A stretch of 64,000 nt of DNA from Patescibacteria group bacterium (GCA_049322955.1 JBMOPU010000012.1:19581-83580); one strand, 5' to 3'. Shown: positions 27,321 through 37,599, numbered from the stretch's first letter. Numbers and translations: made by a program. The notes: generated from the letters alone by a model not told the origin.

Positions 27321-28001
27321 TCATTTGCCAAACCGCCGTTGCCGCTTTTCATATTCCTCAAGCGCTTCATCCAGTCTCGCAGGAGTAAAATCCGGCATGT
27401 GCCAAGGCGGAAAATATAGTTCGCTATAGGTGCTTTGCCAGGGAAGAAATCCCGATAACCGTTGTTCCCCGCTCGTACGGATAATAAAATCAGGATCGGG
27501 AATGTCCTTGGTATCCAGATACTGTGAAAATACCTCTGACGTTATTCCCTGCGTCGAGGGAAGCGCGCGGATGGCACGGAGTATTTCATCACGGCCGCCG
27601 TAGTTCAGGGCAAAGACGGCGGTTATTTTTTTATTGTGTTCCGTCTGGTTCATGACATCCACCAACGCTTGTTGGATATCCGGGGCAAATTTGGATATGT
27701 CGCCTATTACCTTCACCCGTACTCCCTTTTCATGCAGACGTTGCCAGCGTTTCCGTATCGTATGGCGAAATATTCGCATAATTCCTTCGACTTCCTTTGC
27801 GTCACGATGCCAGTTTTCCGTGGAAAACGCCCAAAACGTCACATAGGAAATACCTCGCGCCGCGGCGTGCTCAACAAGCGGCTCCAACACTTCATCGGAA
27901 ACCCGCTGGTGGCCGGAAAGCACCGGAAGTCCCTGCTCCTTTGCCCACCTGCGGTTACCGTCCATAATGATTGCAATATGGGTGGGTATCGTCTTTGTCA
28001 T
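27321..28001 (-). CDS. uppS: undecaprenyl-diphosphate synthase (cis-isoprenyl transferase)
   Basis: HIAIIMDGNRRWA and family motifs. Confidence 0.8.
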   Translation of the reverse strand: MTKTIPTHIAIIMDGNRRWAKEQGLPVLSGHQRVSDEVLEPLVEHAAARGISYVTFWAFSTENWHRDAKEVEGIMRIFRHTIRKRWQRLHEKGVRVKVIGDISKFAPDIQQALVDVMNQTEHNKKITAVFALNYGGRDEILRAIRALPSTQGITSEVFSQYLDTKDIPDPDFIIRTSGEQRLSGFLPWQSTYSELYFPPWHMPDFTPARLDEALEEYEKRQRRFGK

Positions 28002-28007
28002 AACGGT

Positions 28008-28988
28008 TTAGAATAAATGCGCGGATATGGTTCGCGCGCCCTTCGCCACTTTATTGTAAATAATTTCTTCAATCCCGGAAATATCAGTGAGTTCTGCTTT
28101 TACCCGTGATATGTCTTTTTCCTCACAGATAAGATGCACGTTTGGTCCCGCATCAATCGTAAAATATACGGGAATGCCTTTCGTTCTCCACACGGGTACC
28201 GCGGTCATGATCGCTTGGGTTACTTCACTCCAATACGAAAGCGGAGGATTTTGCGTTTGCATCACCCGGTGCATATCAAGACAATCTTCTTCAATGATAC
28301 TCCCCAGTGCCGCAAAATCCTTGCGGGCGAGTGCTTCTGTTGCCCGTTTCAAGCGGGCGGGCACTGCCAAAAGGCGGGAAGATAAATACGGGCTGGTCGT
28401 GACGTTTCTCATGCCGTCTGACGTCGCCACTTTTTTCATACGCTTATCCACAATCACCAAAAGGTCGCAAAGATCCCAATAGTTCTCGTCATAGAGCGAA
28501 TAGGCATACGATGTTTCATGACTCGTCCCCTTCTCCCAGACAACAAACCCCGAAGGAATACTCCGACACGCGCTTCCCGAACCCAATCGTGCAAATAGGG
28601 TCAGTTCTTTCTGAGATAACGAAACATTTGCGGCCGCGAATCCGGCCGTCATGAGCGCCGCAAACCCAGAGGCTGATGCCGCCGAACCCGCTCCTTTGGG
28701 AAACGTGTTTTTTGTCACTACGCGGGCACGGAACGGACAATTCGCCCTGGTTCGTATGACATCAAGCCCTGCCGTAACACGCGCGGTTTCTTCCGGTGAA
28801 AATGTTGCGTCAACAATATGCACTTCGTCCCGTGTATAGTGCTCGGAAAATTCCACCGTCGTTTGGGTGAATGCGCCTGATAAGTTCATGGAAAGCGAGT
28901 CATTAAGCGGCAATCGGAGTTGCTCATCCGCTTTCCCCCAGTACTTGATGAACGCGATATTTGCCGGTGCTTCCGCGGTTGCTTTCAT
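28008..28988 (-). CDS. mvaD: diphosphomevalonate decarboxylase
   Basis: NIAFIKYWGK motif. Start set at MKATAE (ATG overlapping the upstream TGA). Confidence 0.75.
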   Translation of the reverse strand: MKATAEAPANIAFIKYWGKADEQLRLPLNDSLSMNLSGAFTQTTVEFSEHYTRDEVHIVDATFSPEETARVTAGLDVIRTRANCPFRARVVTKNTFPKGAGSAASASGFAALMTAGFAAANVSLSQKELTLFARLGSGSACRSIPSGFVVWEKGTSHETSYAYSLYDENYWDLCDLLVIVDKRMKKVATSDGMRNVTTSPYLSSRLLAVPARLKRATEALARKDFAALGSIIEEDCLDMHRVMQTQNPPLSYWSEVTQAIMTAVPVWRTKGIPVYFTIDAGPNVHLICEEKDISRVKAELTDISGIEEIIYNKVAKGARTISAHLF

Positions 28989-29905
28989 GATTCCCTCCGT
29001 ACTCCGTCGGCTTGCGGAGTAATGTGGATAACTTTTCCACCCGCCTGTTCGATCGCGCGGGACACATCGGGTTGTTTTTCCGGAGGCACCATTGCGATCA
29101 TACAGTCCCCTCCGCCGGCGCCTGATAATTTTGCTCCCCACGCACCCGCTCCTTTGGCGGCAACAATAAGGCTCTCGAGTTGTTCACTGCTTACGCCCAA
29201 ATCACGCAGATACTCCTGATTGAAATCCATAAGTTTGCCCACGCGTTCCCAATCTCCCTCGGCTATCTTTGCTTTCGCATCAGTCGTAAGCTTGGCGATG
29301 GCGGCAAAGATGCGGGACACTTTTTCCTGCTGTTCTTCATACTTTTTTGCCACTTCAGCAACGATTGTCGGCGTATCGGCCTTAACCCCGCTAAATCCCA
29401 CTATAAGCGGCATCGGGGCATGAGGAACCGGGGTAATCGTCTTCCCCAACCGGTCATACCACAGCGTGCCTCCCCAAATTGCCGATGCGGCATCAAAGCC
29501 AGATCCCACCATTTGCACGGACAGTATTGCCTCGTATGCCAGACTAAAAAGTTCTTTTTTACTCACCGGTTTTCGGCAGTATTCCCCCATCGCAAAAAGC
29601 GTGGCAACCGTAACGGCGGCCGATGATCCCAGACCGTAATTGCCCGAAAACGTGCTTTGTGTGGTGATGGAAAGCGCATCAAAGGATTGTTTCCAATGTT
29701 TTTTTGCGACGACAAGTGCCGCTTCAATAAAGCGGGTATCATTCACTCCCGGCGTCAAAAAGTGCGACGAACCGTCTGAAGACTCGGTAACTGATACCGA
29801 AAGCCGCTCGCTCACCGCCGTTACTAAACACGGATTTTTATACACCACCGCGTGGTCCCCCATGAGCAGTAGCTTCCCCGGTGCCGATACGGTTATGGTG
29901 TTCAT
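28985..29905 (-). CDS. GHMP kinase, mevalonate/phosphomevalonate kinase family (probable phosphomevalonate kinase)
   Basis: APGKLLLMGDHAVVY and GLGSSAAV GHMP motifs. Confidence 0.6.
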   Translation of the reverse strand: MNTITVSAPGKLLLMGDHAVVYKNPCLVTAVSERLSVSVTESSDGSSHFLTPGVNDTRFIEAALVVAKKHWKQSFDALSITTQSTFSGNYGLGSSAAVTVATLFAMGEYCRKPVSKKELFSLAYEAILSVQMVGSGFDAASAIWGGTLWYDRLGKTITPVPHAPMPLIVGFSGVKADTPTIVAEVAKKYEEQQEKVSRIFAAIAKLTTDAKAKIAEGDWERVGKLMDFNQEYLRDLGVSSEQLESLIVAAKGAGAWGAKLSGAGGGDCMIAMVPPEKQPDVSRAIEQAGGKVIHITPQADGVRRES

Positions 29906-30849
29906 ACGATAATCTGTTCGCGTTGCACACCGGCACCGCCAAGCTGTGTCTCAAATGAGGGGTACCCGTGTTGTTTTGCTAGTTTTTTTATGAGTGCCGG
30001 TTCCTGATGGCTTGCAAATACTACCCCGCTCCCGCCTTCTCTCCCTCCTGCACCGCTAATTTTGGCAACCCCGCCGATTTTTTCAATATTCCTGATGAGT
30101 AATTGCGCGGATGGCGATACGACCCCCATTGTTTCCAACAATTGCTCGTTCGTTCGTAGACCGTCACGAAAGGCTTCTTCCCGTTCATCATGAAGCGCAG
30201 AAGTTATCTCTTTGGTTACGTTTTCTATCCGCGAAAGCAACTCGGCAAAACGCGCTTCGTCTTGCGTTTTCTGTTCTGCCACCATTTGTACCAAATCCCC
30301 GGTGCTTTCGGTTCTTCCGGTGTTAATAAGGACAAACGGGGAAAAGGTACGAGGAATTTTAAATGATAGGAGCCAAAGGGTTTTTAAGAATTCAAGTTCT
30401 TTCCGGTACCAAAGAATTCCTCCGTGGGCGGAAACCGCAGGATCGCTTCCCGAACTGTTTTTATGTTTCGTCTTTTCCGCAAGATATGCACCGTCGTGTA
30501 TGGCCTGTACGTTCCATGGCTCGTTATGCCAAACGGAGAGTGCGCCAATAAGCGCTACGGCAAGCGCCGCGGAGGATCCCATACCGCTTCCCACGGGAAT
30601 TGCCGAATCAATGGTGATAAAACATGACGGAACTAACACCTTGGCGTATTTCTTTTCAAAAGCGTTTGCTATGGCATCAATGTATGCGTCTTTTTTCCGT
30701 AACGCGGTAAGTGAGACTTCCCCCTGTTTTGAAAGAGTGACAGAGAGACGGAGTGACGTGGCAACAATAAGCGACGGTTTGCCGTACACGACGGCGTGTT
30801 CACCGGTAATATGTAATTTACCGGGGGCTGATACGGTAACTTTTTTCAT
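29902..30849 (-). CDS. mevalonate kinase (GHMP family)
   Basis: APGKLHITGEHAVVYG and PVGSGMGSSAALAVA. Start set at MKKVTV (ATGA overlap with the DUF35 gene). Confidence 0.6.
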   Translation of the reverse strand: MKKVTVSAPGKLHITGEHAVVYGKPSLIVATSLRLSVTLSKQGEVSLTALRKKDAYIDAIANAFEKKYAKVLVPSCFITIDSAIPVGSGMGSSAALAVALIGALSVWHNEPWNVQAIHDGAYLAEKTKHKNSSGSDPAVSAHGGILWYRKELEFLKTLWLLSFKIPRTFSPFVLINTGRTESTGDLVQMVAEQKTQDEARFAELLSRIENVTKEITSALHDEREEAFRDGLRTNEQLLETMGVVSPSAQLLIRNIEKIGGVAKISGAGGREGGSGVVFASHQEPALIKKLAKQHGYPSFETQLGGAGVQREQIIV

Positions 30850-31148
30850 ACAAGCGGCTTGGCTTTGATACCGTATGGAATCACTCCGTCGGTATCGGGG
30901 TTCATAACGCGTCGAACTACGGTAATAACTTTTTGTCCCGCGGTCAGATGGTGCTTTTCGTAATCGACCAATTGACACACCATTGTGGTGTTATCGGCAA
31001 GCTGAAGCAATACCACGGGATACGGTGCCTGATCGGTAAAGTCACCGGGAGGAACACGGATGATTGTCCACGAAAGAATTGTCCCGATCTTCCCGATCGA
31101 GCTCGCTATTCGTTTTTGATTTCTCCACACTTTTACCGGACTGTGCAT
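30846..31148 (-). CDS. DUF35-type OB-fold protein (thiolase/HMGCS scaffold, archaeal-type)
   Basis: 100-aa protein between thiolase and kinases. Confidence 0.55.
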   Translation of the reverse strand: MHSPVKVWRNQKRIASSIGKIGTILSWTIIRVPPGDFTDQAPYPVVLLQLADNTTMVCQLVDYEKHHLTAGQKVITVVRRVMNPDTDGVIPYGIKAKPLV

Positions 31149-31199
31149 AGTAGTTATATCGCTAAATCGTTACCTTTCATTTGTCGTTATATAACGGAA

Positions 31200-32366
31200 T
31201 CACTTGTGTTCTGACTCGCTCTTTAAAATATGTATCACCGCCGTCGCCCCGCTCCCACCCACATTATGGGCAAGACCGACGGCGGCACCGGGTACCTGCC
31301 GTTTTCCCGCACTCCCGCGCAACTGTTCTACCAACTCGACGATTTGTTTAACCCCGGTGGCTCCTACCGGATGACCGCATCCTTTGAGTCCTCCCGAAGG
31401 GTTCACCACTACCTGAGGATTCTTTCCCAACATCGTTTTTCCCGCTTCAATGGCGGCGGCCGCTTTCCCTTTGGGAAAAAAGCCCAGATCCTCGGTCGCA
31501 AGAATTTCAGCGATCGTAAAACAATCGTGTACTTCTGCTACGGCAACATCTTGTGCGGAAATATGTGCAATTTCGTACGCACGCTTGGCGGCCTGTTCTG
31601 TTGCCGAAAGCTTGGTAAGGCTTTTTCGTTGCGAAAGTCCCAGGGAATCGGTGGCCACCACGGAAGCGGCAATTTCAATTTGCTTATGGTGTTTGGCTTT
31701 TGAGTTTTTACTCGTGAGAACGACGGCGGCGGCGCCGTCCGATATCGGCGAACAATCAAGAAGCTTTAACGGGTCGGCGATTTTTCCGCTTTTCATGACC
31801 TGTTCAACGGAGAGCAGATTGTGAAATTGGGCATTGGGGTTTAAGGACGCGTGGTAATGATTCTTTACGGCAACTGCGGCCATTTGTTCTTCCGTCGTCC
31901 CATACTGTGCCATGTGCACACGGGCAAGCATGGCGTACAAACCGGGGAATGTCGCCCCTGATACGCGCTCTTCTTCGCTTCCCGCTCCCATAAGTGCGGT
32001 TGCCACATCTTCCGGTTTATGGTCGGTCATTTTTTCAATACCCAGCGCTACCACCGTATCATATTGACCGCTTAATAAGCTGTTAACGGCATTATGAAGC
32101 GCAAGGCCGCCCGACGCACATGCACCTTCCACCTTAAACGCAGGAACGGTAAGACCCAGTTCTTCGGCAAAAAACGCACCAAGATGCTCTTGTCCTCCCA
32201 ACATCCCTGATAGCATATTGCCCACGAATAGCGCCTGTACGTCATTTGCGGTTTTTTTTGCATCGGCAAGCGCATCAAAAACCGCCTGGCGTGCAAGCCC
32301 TCGCGGGGAGGCGCTCCAAAGTTCTCCAAAGGCGGTTGTTGATGCTCCAGCTACGTATATTTTCAT
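31200..32366 (-). CDS. acetyl-CoA acetyltransferase (thiolase, archaeal-type)
   Basis: 388 aa, thiolase pattern with active-site Cys region VEGACASGG. Confidence 0.75.
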   Translation of the reverse strand: MKIYVAGASTTAFGELWSASPRGLARQAVFDALADAKKTANDVQALFVGNMLSGMLGGQEHLGAFFAEELGLTVPAFKVEGACASGGLALHNAVNSLLSGQYDTVVALGIEKMTDHKPEDVATALMGAGSEEERVSGATFPGLYAMLARVHMAQYGTTEEQMAAVAVKNHYHASLNPNAQFHNLLSVEQVMKSGKIADPLKLLDCSPISDGAAAVVLTSKNSKAKHHKQIEIAASVVATDSLGLSQRKSLTKLSATEQAAKRAYEIAHISAQDVAVAEVHDCFTIAEILATEDLGFFPKGKAAAAIEAGKTMLGKNPQVVVNPSGGLKGCGHPVGATGVKQIVELVEQLRGSAGKRQVPGAAVGLAHNVGGSGATAVIHILKSESEHK

Positions 32367-33406
32367 AGTTTATGCGTCATTTTTAAAAACTCTACATAAT
32401 CGATATACCGTTTGTTGGCGATTGCATCGGACACCAAAAGTTTTTTTGTACGGCGAACGGTCTGAAGGTCGGTAAGTTTTTCCGTAGTTTTCCACACAAA
32501 CGCATCACTCCCCGCCCCCGACCCATACGACACCATAAATATTTTCTTATTGGGAGTTGCGATGTCACAAATTGCGGAGAGCCCCAACATCGCAGTCGCC
32601 GAGTACGCATTTCCTATCGCATCCACGGTAAGTGACGGTACCAGTTGCTCCGGCGAAAATCCCAATCGTTTTGCCACTTCTCTGGGGAATTTTCCGTTGG
32701 GCATATGAAAGACACAATAATCGTAGTCAGAGGCGGTTGTTTTTGTCATGCCAAAAAGCCGGGTGGCCGCCCCCATAACATGCTGATAATACGCCGGTTC
32801 ACCAGTAAATCTTCCCGCATGCGACGGATATCGCATCCCGTCCCGACGCCAGAAATCAGGTGTATCCGATGAATACGAGGTATCGGCAAGAAGCTGTACC
32901 GCGATATTGTCACTCCCGATAAGAAACGCCGCTCCTCCCGCCGCCGCAGTGTATTCGAGAAAGTCGTGAGGTTTCCCTTGTGCCGTGTCCGCACCGATAG
33001 CCATCCCGTATTTTGCATGTCCCGCGGCAACGAGTCCCGCGATGGCCTGCACGGCGGCGGTGCCTGCTTTACAGGCAAATTCCATATCTGCGGCCAAGTA
33101 TGATGAGCCTATCCCCAACAGCTCTCCCACGATGGTCGAGGTGGGATTGACCGCATACGGATGACTTTCGCTTCCGACAAATAATACATCAATATCCGCC
33201 GGTTCCCCTTGAAACGGGACAAGACACGCCTGCGCCGCTTCGATGGCAATGGTTGCCGCATCTTCATCCGATGCAGGCACTGACTTATCCGTAAGACCGA
33301 GCGACCGCACGACCTCCTGCGGTTCTTTCCGCCATGCCGCCGCAATGTCCGCAATACGGATCCGATGTTGCGGAATATAGGTGCCGTATGAAATGATACC
33401 GATCAT
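32363..33406 (-). CDS. mvaS: hydroxymethylglutaryl-CoA synthase (archaeal-type)
   Basis: 347 aa, MIGIISYGTYIP start typical of archaeal-type HMGCS; 4-nt overlaps both sides. Confidence 0.75.
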   Translation of the reverse strand: MIGIISYGTYIPQHRIRIADIAAAWRKEPQEVVRSLGLTDKSVPASDEDAATIAIEAAQACLVPFQGEPADIDVLFVGSESHPYAVNPTSTIVGELLGIGSSYLAADMEFACKAGTAAVQAIAGLVAAGHAKYGMAIGADTAQGKPHDFLEYTAAAGGAAFLIGSDNIAVQLLADTSYSSDTPDFWRRDGMRYPSHAGRFTGEPAYYQHVMGAATRLFGMTKTTASDYDYCVFHMPNGKFPREVAKRLGFSPEQLVPSLTVDAIGNAYSATAMLGLSAICDIATPNKKIFMVSYGSGAGSDAFVWKTTEKLTDLQTVRRTKKLLVSDAIANKRYIDYVEFLKMTHKL

Positions 33407-34590
33407 ATTGTTTTTCCTCTCGCAAGTTTTTCATGGGAACGGGAAAGTGTCTGTTCAGCAAGAGAACTTAATAGCGACACCTCACCCGCAAGCACCGCAC
33501 CGCCGATGATTTCTGCAAATCGCTCGGCATGCTTTCCGTCGTCGCCTCCCCCAACCCCAAGCAGTGATAGTGCTTCCCGTTGAGTCGCAAGTCCCGTTCC
33601 CCCTCCGACCGTCCCTATCATAAGATCAGGAAGATAAACCCCGATATGGAGCGCATCGCCATTGACAATGTTAGCGGTCGTTATTCCCAGGCTTCCTTCA
33701 ACAACATGCGCCGGATCCTGACCCGTTGCTATAAAAAGCGCGGCGATCACATTGGCATATTGGGCATTAAATCCCATACTGCCGCTTACCGCGCTTCCGA
33801 TCATACATTTCGCCATCCAGGTATCAAAAACATGCACGGCGTCGGTTTTCAACACATCGGATAACACCGCTTTTGAAAGCACCGTTTCCGCCCACACCGG
33901 TCGCCCGCGCTTGTTCACCATATTCTGCCATGACGGCTTCTTATCGACACAGAAATTTCCCGAAAGCGCCACACACGCTGTCTCTGTTGCTTCCTCAATG
34001 TGTCGTACGACGCGATCCGTCGCAATCGTGACCATGTTGAGACCCATGGCATCTTTGGTGTCATAGACAAACCGCATATACCGATAGAGCCCCACTCCCG
34101 TTGAGGTAACACTTTTTAACGTTAGGTGGCGCGAGGTTGCCTCCGCGATCTCTTTTAACCGCAAAAATTGATCGGTAACATAGGCCTCAAGGCGGGCGCT
34201 TTCCGCAAGGGACCGCACCTTAAATACCGGTCCCCTGGTTGCCCCGACAAGCGAACTTCGCACATTCGCTCCGCCGCTTTCCGATATTGCCTTGCACCCG
34301 CGACTAACGGAGGCGACAAGTGCCCCTTCGGTGGTTGCGAGCGGAAGGTAATAATCTGCCGTATCCCCGTCCGGATGGGTAAGCCTCACCGGCCCGGCGA
34401 CACCGACCGGCACCTGCGCGACTCCGATCATGTTTTCGCAATTTCTCGTGCTTGCGGTTGCTTCATCAAACGTAAATTTCCCGGTATGGGATAAGGTAAT
34501 CCCTCGTACCTCTTCAAGTTTGTTCCTTCGCGCTTCCGAAGACGGCAGGGTGCGAAGTGATACGGTTGTTGATTTCATAGGTCGTGTCAT
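33403..34590 (-). CDS. mvaA: HMG-CoA reductase, class I
   Basis: ENMIG, DAMGLNM, GTVGG motifs. Confidence 0.8.
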   Translation of the reverse strand: MTRPMKSTTVSLRTLPSSEARRNKLEEVRGITLSHTGKFTFDEATASTRNCENMIGVAQVPVGVAGPVRLTHPDGDTADYYLPLATTEGALVASVSRGCKAISESGGANVRSSLVGATRGPVFKVRSLAESARLEAYVTDQFLRLKEIAEATSRHLTLKSVTSTGVGLYRYMRFVYDTKDAMGLNMVTIATDRVVRHIEEATETACVALSGNFCVDKKPSWQNMVNKRGRPVWAETVLSKAVLSDVLKTDAVHVFDTWMAKCMIGSAVSGSMGFNAQYANVIAALFIATGQDPAHVVEGSLGITTANIVNGDALHIGVYLPDLMIGTVGGGTGLATQREALSLLGVGGGDDGKHAERFAEIIGGAVLAGEVSLLSSLAEQTLSRSHEKLARGKTI

Positions 34591-35210
34591 AGGAACGGTA
34601 CTTTAAAAACCCCCAGGCGATACATGCCGATCGCCCATGCGGTCATAATCGGCGCACACCCGATCCCCACAATGATCGCCTGTACTAAATCCAGCTTCAA
34701 TGTGAAGCGAAGTGTCAGATATGAAAGGGTAACTTTCCACCAAAGAAGGCTTGCGCTGAATATGATAAACAGGAGACTAAAAAGAATACCCATGGCACTG
34801 GTTGTCCGGGGAGGCGGCAACAACACATAGAGCATTGATGTGGCAAAAAACCATAAAACGGTAGGAATCAGCGTGTACGACCAGGCAAGAATGACGGTCG
34901 AGAAAGAAGCGGTCTTTCTGAAAAGCGATCCCATAACCACCATACTTGCCGCGGCAAACAACACCCCGCTTGCCGCACCGAGTGCAAGTAACACAAACTG
35001 CTGGGTGAGGAGGAACGGCCGGAATGCCGCGATTTTGACAACACTTGCCAGCGCGAAATACCCTGACAGCAGGAGGCCGATAAAGAGCAGTTCGCCGCTT
35101 TTCCCGTGGCTCACTATCATGCGATAGGTTTGGTATGGGCGGGTCGTCAACCCGATAAGGGTGCGCCCGAAATTTACTCCATCAATAATAAGCTGACTTA
35201 CCCGGTCCAT
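34587..35210 (-). CDS. hypothetical membrane protein
   Basis: Start trimmed to MDRVSQ (ATG 35210) to remove overlap with the anti-sigma ORF. Confidence 0.4.
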   Translation of the reverse strand: MDRVSQLIIDGVNFGRTLIGLTTRPYQTYRMIVSHGKSGELLFIGLLLSGYFALASVVKIAAFRPFLLTQQFVLLALGAASGVLFAAASMVVMGSLFRKTASFSTVILAWSYTLIPTVLWFFATSMLYVLLPPPRTTSAMGILFSLLFIIFSASLLWWKVTLSYLTLRFTLKLDLVQAIIVGIGCAPIMTAWAIGMYRLGVFKVPFL

Positions 35211-35263
35211 ACCATGGTAGTCGAAAAAGCGGAGAAAAACCTGCGAATGGGTAATCGACGGCC

Positions 35264-35494
35264 TTAAAATCCGCGTTGTAGTAAGGTAACGATGGCCGCA
35301 ATGCCCGGCCCGAAGATAACATAGAGTCCCGCGGTAAATACCAGGCTTACGCCTAAAAACCACGGCCACGGCATGATTTTTAGCCGTTTGGTCATACGCT
35401 TATAGAGGCCGGTCAACGGACCCAATGTTTGAGGGGGTATGTCCACTACCTCTTCCCAACGCCGGACAAATTTCTGATAGGTGGCATCCGTCAT
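35264..35494 (-). CDS. putative anti-sigma factor (small single-TM protein)
   Basis: 76 aa, cytoplasmic N-term + one TM, immediately downstream of the ECF sigma gene. Confidence 0.4.
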   Translation of the reverse strand: MTDATYQKFVRRWEEVVDIPPQTLGPLTGLYKRMTKRLKIMPWPWFLGVSLVFTAGLYVIFGPGIAAIVTLLQRGF

Positions 35495-35496
35495 AG

Positions 35497-36039
35497 TTAT
35501 ATCGATAAAAACACCTCAACAAAGGCTCTTCTGGCCCGAAACAATCGGGATTCCGCACTCTTAAAACTGATCGAGAGTTGGCGCGCGATGTCTTCAACGC
35601 TGACGTGATCAAGATATTTGAGCGTCAGCACTTTGCGATGCATGGGAAGCATACGGGCGAGCGCTTTTTGTATTTTTTCCTTCACCAGGGAAACATCGAG
35701 TTCTTCTTCGGGACCGAGCATCGGAGAAACGAGAAATTCGAGTTGCGGCATCTGTGAAAACACCACATGTCGCAATTTTTTCCTCCGGTAATAATCAACA
35801 ATCTTGTGTTGGCAAATCGAAAAAAGGTACGTGCGCACCGAACTTTTCTGCTGAAAGTCACGAATACCTTCCAAAAATGAAAAAAGCGTGTCCTGGAGAA
35901 TTTCCTCGGCATCCTCCCCCGTCTTAACTTTTCCGGTAATGTAGCGCCTCAACTGCGGGGCATATTGCCGGTAAAACGCGCTCGCGGCCTGACGGTCACG
36001 GGCAAAAAGCCTGGTGATAAGCTGTGCATCGTTCATCAT
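35497..36039 (-). CDS. ECF-type sigma-70 family RNA polymerase sigma factor
   Basis: Region 2 and region 4 patterns (…YLFSICQHKIVDYYRR…, LKYLDHVSVEDIARQLSISFKSAESRLFRAR). Confidence 0.75.
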   Translation of the reverse strand: MMNDAQLITRLFARDRQAASAFYRQYAPQLRRYITGKVKTGEDAEEILQDTLFSFLEGIRDFQQKSSVRTYLFSICQHKIVDYYRRKKLRHVVFSQMPQLEFLVSPMLGPEEELDVSLVKEKIQKALARMLPMHRKVLTLKYLDHVSVEDIARQLSISFKSAESRLFRARRAFVEVFLSI

Positions 36040-36098
36040 GAAGCGTTCTCCACTTTACCACAATTGACGCGTCGCCTCAATTTTAGGTACACTGAAAA

Positions 36099-36408
36099 TA
36101 TGTTTGAACAAGTGATGGCCCAGTCGGAAAACCTGCAGGATCTCGCCCCGAATCCGGGACTTACCACCTTCGGTATGCTGATTACCGCAATCGTGAAAAA
36201 CGCGTTCGTTTTGGCCGGTATCATAAGCTTTATTTTGTTGATTTTCGGCGGATTTAACGTTATAGTAGCGGCAGGTGACGCGAAAAAAGCGCAACAGGGC
36301 AAGACGGCCATCACCGGGGCGGTTACCGGACTTTTGGTTGTTTTGGGTTCGTTTTGGCTTGTTCAAATTATAGAAGTCATCACCGGACTTAAATTGTTGA
36401 GTCCCTAA
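36099..36408 (+). CDS. T4SS-pilin-like (TrbC/VirB2-like) protein
   Basis: TM - AAGDAKKAQQGKTAITGAVTGLLVVLGSFWLVQII - TM. Start set at MFEQVMAQ. Confidence 0.55.
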
Positions 36409-36414
36409 ACACGT

Positions 36415-36774
36415 ATGAAACTGCTCGCACAAGCTGGAGATATCGTAGGATCCATTGAGAGTCCGCTTTCAAACACCGGTTACGGCAGTATCCAATCCGG
36501 TGCGGTTGGGCTGTTTATCACCAATGTCATCCGGCTGGCTTTTGTCGCCGCGGGAATCTATGCGCTTTTTAACTTTATTATCGCGGGCTATTCGTATATG
36601 AACGCCGCGGGTGACAGCAAAAAACTCTCAGAGGCGTGGAGTCGGATTTGGCAATCCCTATTGGGACTCATCATCATCGTCGGATCATTTGCGATCGCCT
36701 CCCTCTTCGGATATCTTATATTCGGGAACGCGGGATTCATCTTAAATCCGACCATTTACGGACCGGGTGAATAA
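36415..36774 (+). CDS. T4SS-pilin-like (TrbC/VirB2-like) protein
   Basis: NAAGDSKKLSEAWSRIWQSLLGLIIIVGSFAIA motif block. Confidence 0.55.
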   Translation: MKLLAQAGDIVGSIESPLSNTGYGSIQSGAVGLFITNVIRLAFVAAGIYALFNFIIAGYSYMNAAGDSKKLSEAWSRIWQSLLGLIIIVGSFAIASLFGYLIFGNAGFILNPTIYGPGE

Positions 36775-36779
36775 TTCGT

Positions 36780-37145
36780 ATGAGACAACTTGCATTGGAA
36801 TTGGGACAAATCGGCGGACAGGGACTTGGTCCTTTTGGGTCAAACCCCGGTGACGGGCTGACCGGGATTACCGGTATGGTCTCTTCGACAATCGGCGTCA
36901 TGACTATCGCCGCGGGTATTTGGTTTCTTTTCCAGTTTATCATCGGCGGATTCAACTGGATTAATGCCGGCGGTGATAAAGCAAAGCTCCAGGCGGCAAG
37001 AGACAGACTAACGAACTCTTTGGTGGGACTTATCATCGTCACCGCGGGCTGGGCTGTACTTGCGGTTGCGGGAACATTCCTCAATGTGGACTTTACGATA
37101 TCAAATCCCGGAGGGATATTAGAGCAACTCAGTCCAAACAGATAA
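36780..37145 (+). CDS. T4SS-pilin-like (TrbC/VirB2-like) protein
   Basis: NAGGDKAKLQAARDRLTNSLVGLIIVTAGWAVLAVA motif block. Confidence 0.55.
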   Translation: MRQLALELGQIGGQGLGPFGSNPGDGLTGITGMVSSTIGVMTIAAGIWFLFQFIIGGFNWINAGGDKAKLQAARDRLTNSLVGLIIVTAGWAVLAVAGTFLNVDFTISNPGGILEQLSPNR

Positions 37146-37150
37146 CTACC

Positions 37151-37492
37151 ATGAAAAATCTCGCTCAGATAGTAAATCCGGTTCTTCCCGGCTCACTCGG
37201 ACGAGGAGGCAATGACACGGGCCCTTCCGCGTTGGGGTCGATTATCAGTTCGCTGGTCGGCGTATTTTTGATTTTGGCGCTTATTTCGACGTTTTTATAC
37301 ATGATGCTCGGCGGGTTTGACTGGGTAACTAGCGGCGGGGACAAAACAAAGCTCCAGTCGGCACGCGATAAAATCACCAACGCACTTGTCGGTCTTGTGG
37401 TTGTTGGAGCCTCGTGGGCAGTCATGATGATCGTCTCCAATTTCATCGGTATTGATTTTCCCAACTTACCCATCCCCGTAGTAGGAAACTGA
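37151..37492 (+). CDS. T4SS-pilin-like (TrbC/VirB2-like) protein
   Basis: SGGDKTKLQSARDKITNALVGLVVVGASWAVMMIV motif block. Confidence 0.55.
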   Translation: MKNLAQIVNPVLPGSLGRGGNDTGPSALGSIISSLVGVFLILALISTFLYMMLGGFDWVTSGGDKTKLQSARDKITNALVGLVVVGASWAVMMIVSNFIGIDFPNLPIPVVGN

Positions 37493-37536
37493 CTCGTCAG
37501 GGCAAGCATTCCTCATGGTTGACAAAAGGAGTTTTG

Positions 37537-37565
37537 TTGCGCAAAAATGAAAGGTACAGTATAAT
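37537..37565 (+). promoter_or_regulatory. sigma-70-like internal promoter (TTGCGC-17-TATAAT) inside the pilin array
   Basis: ttgcgc 37537-37542, 17-nt spacer, tataat 37560-37565, 35 nt before ATG 37600. Confidence 0.35.
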
Positions 37566-37599
37566 AAAGCCCATATAGTTCTGACGAAAGGATTCATTT

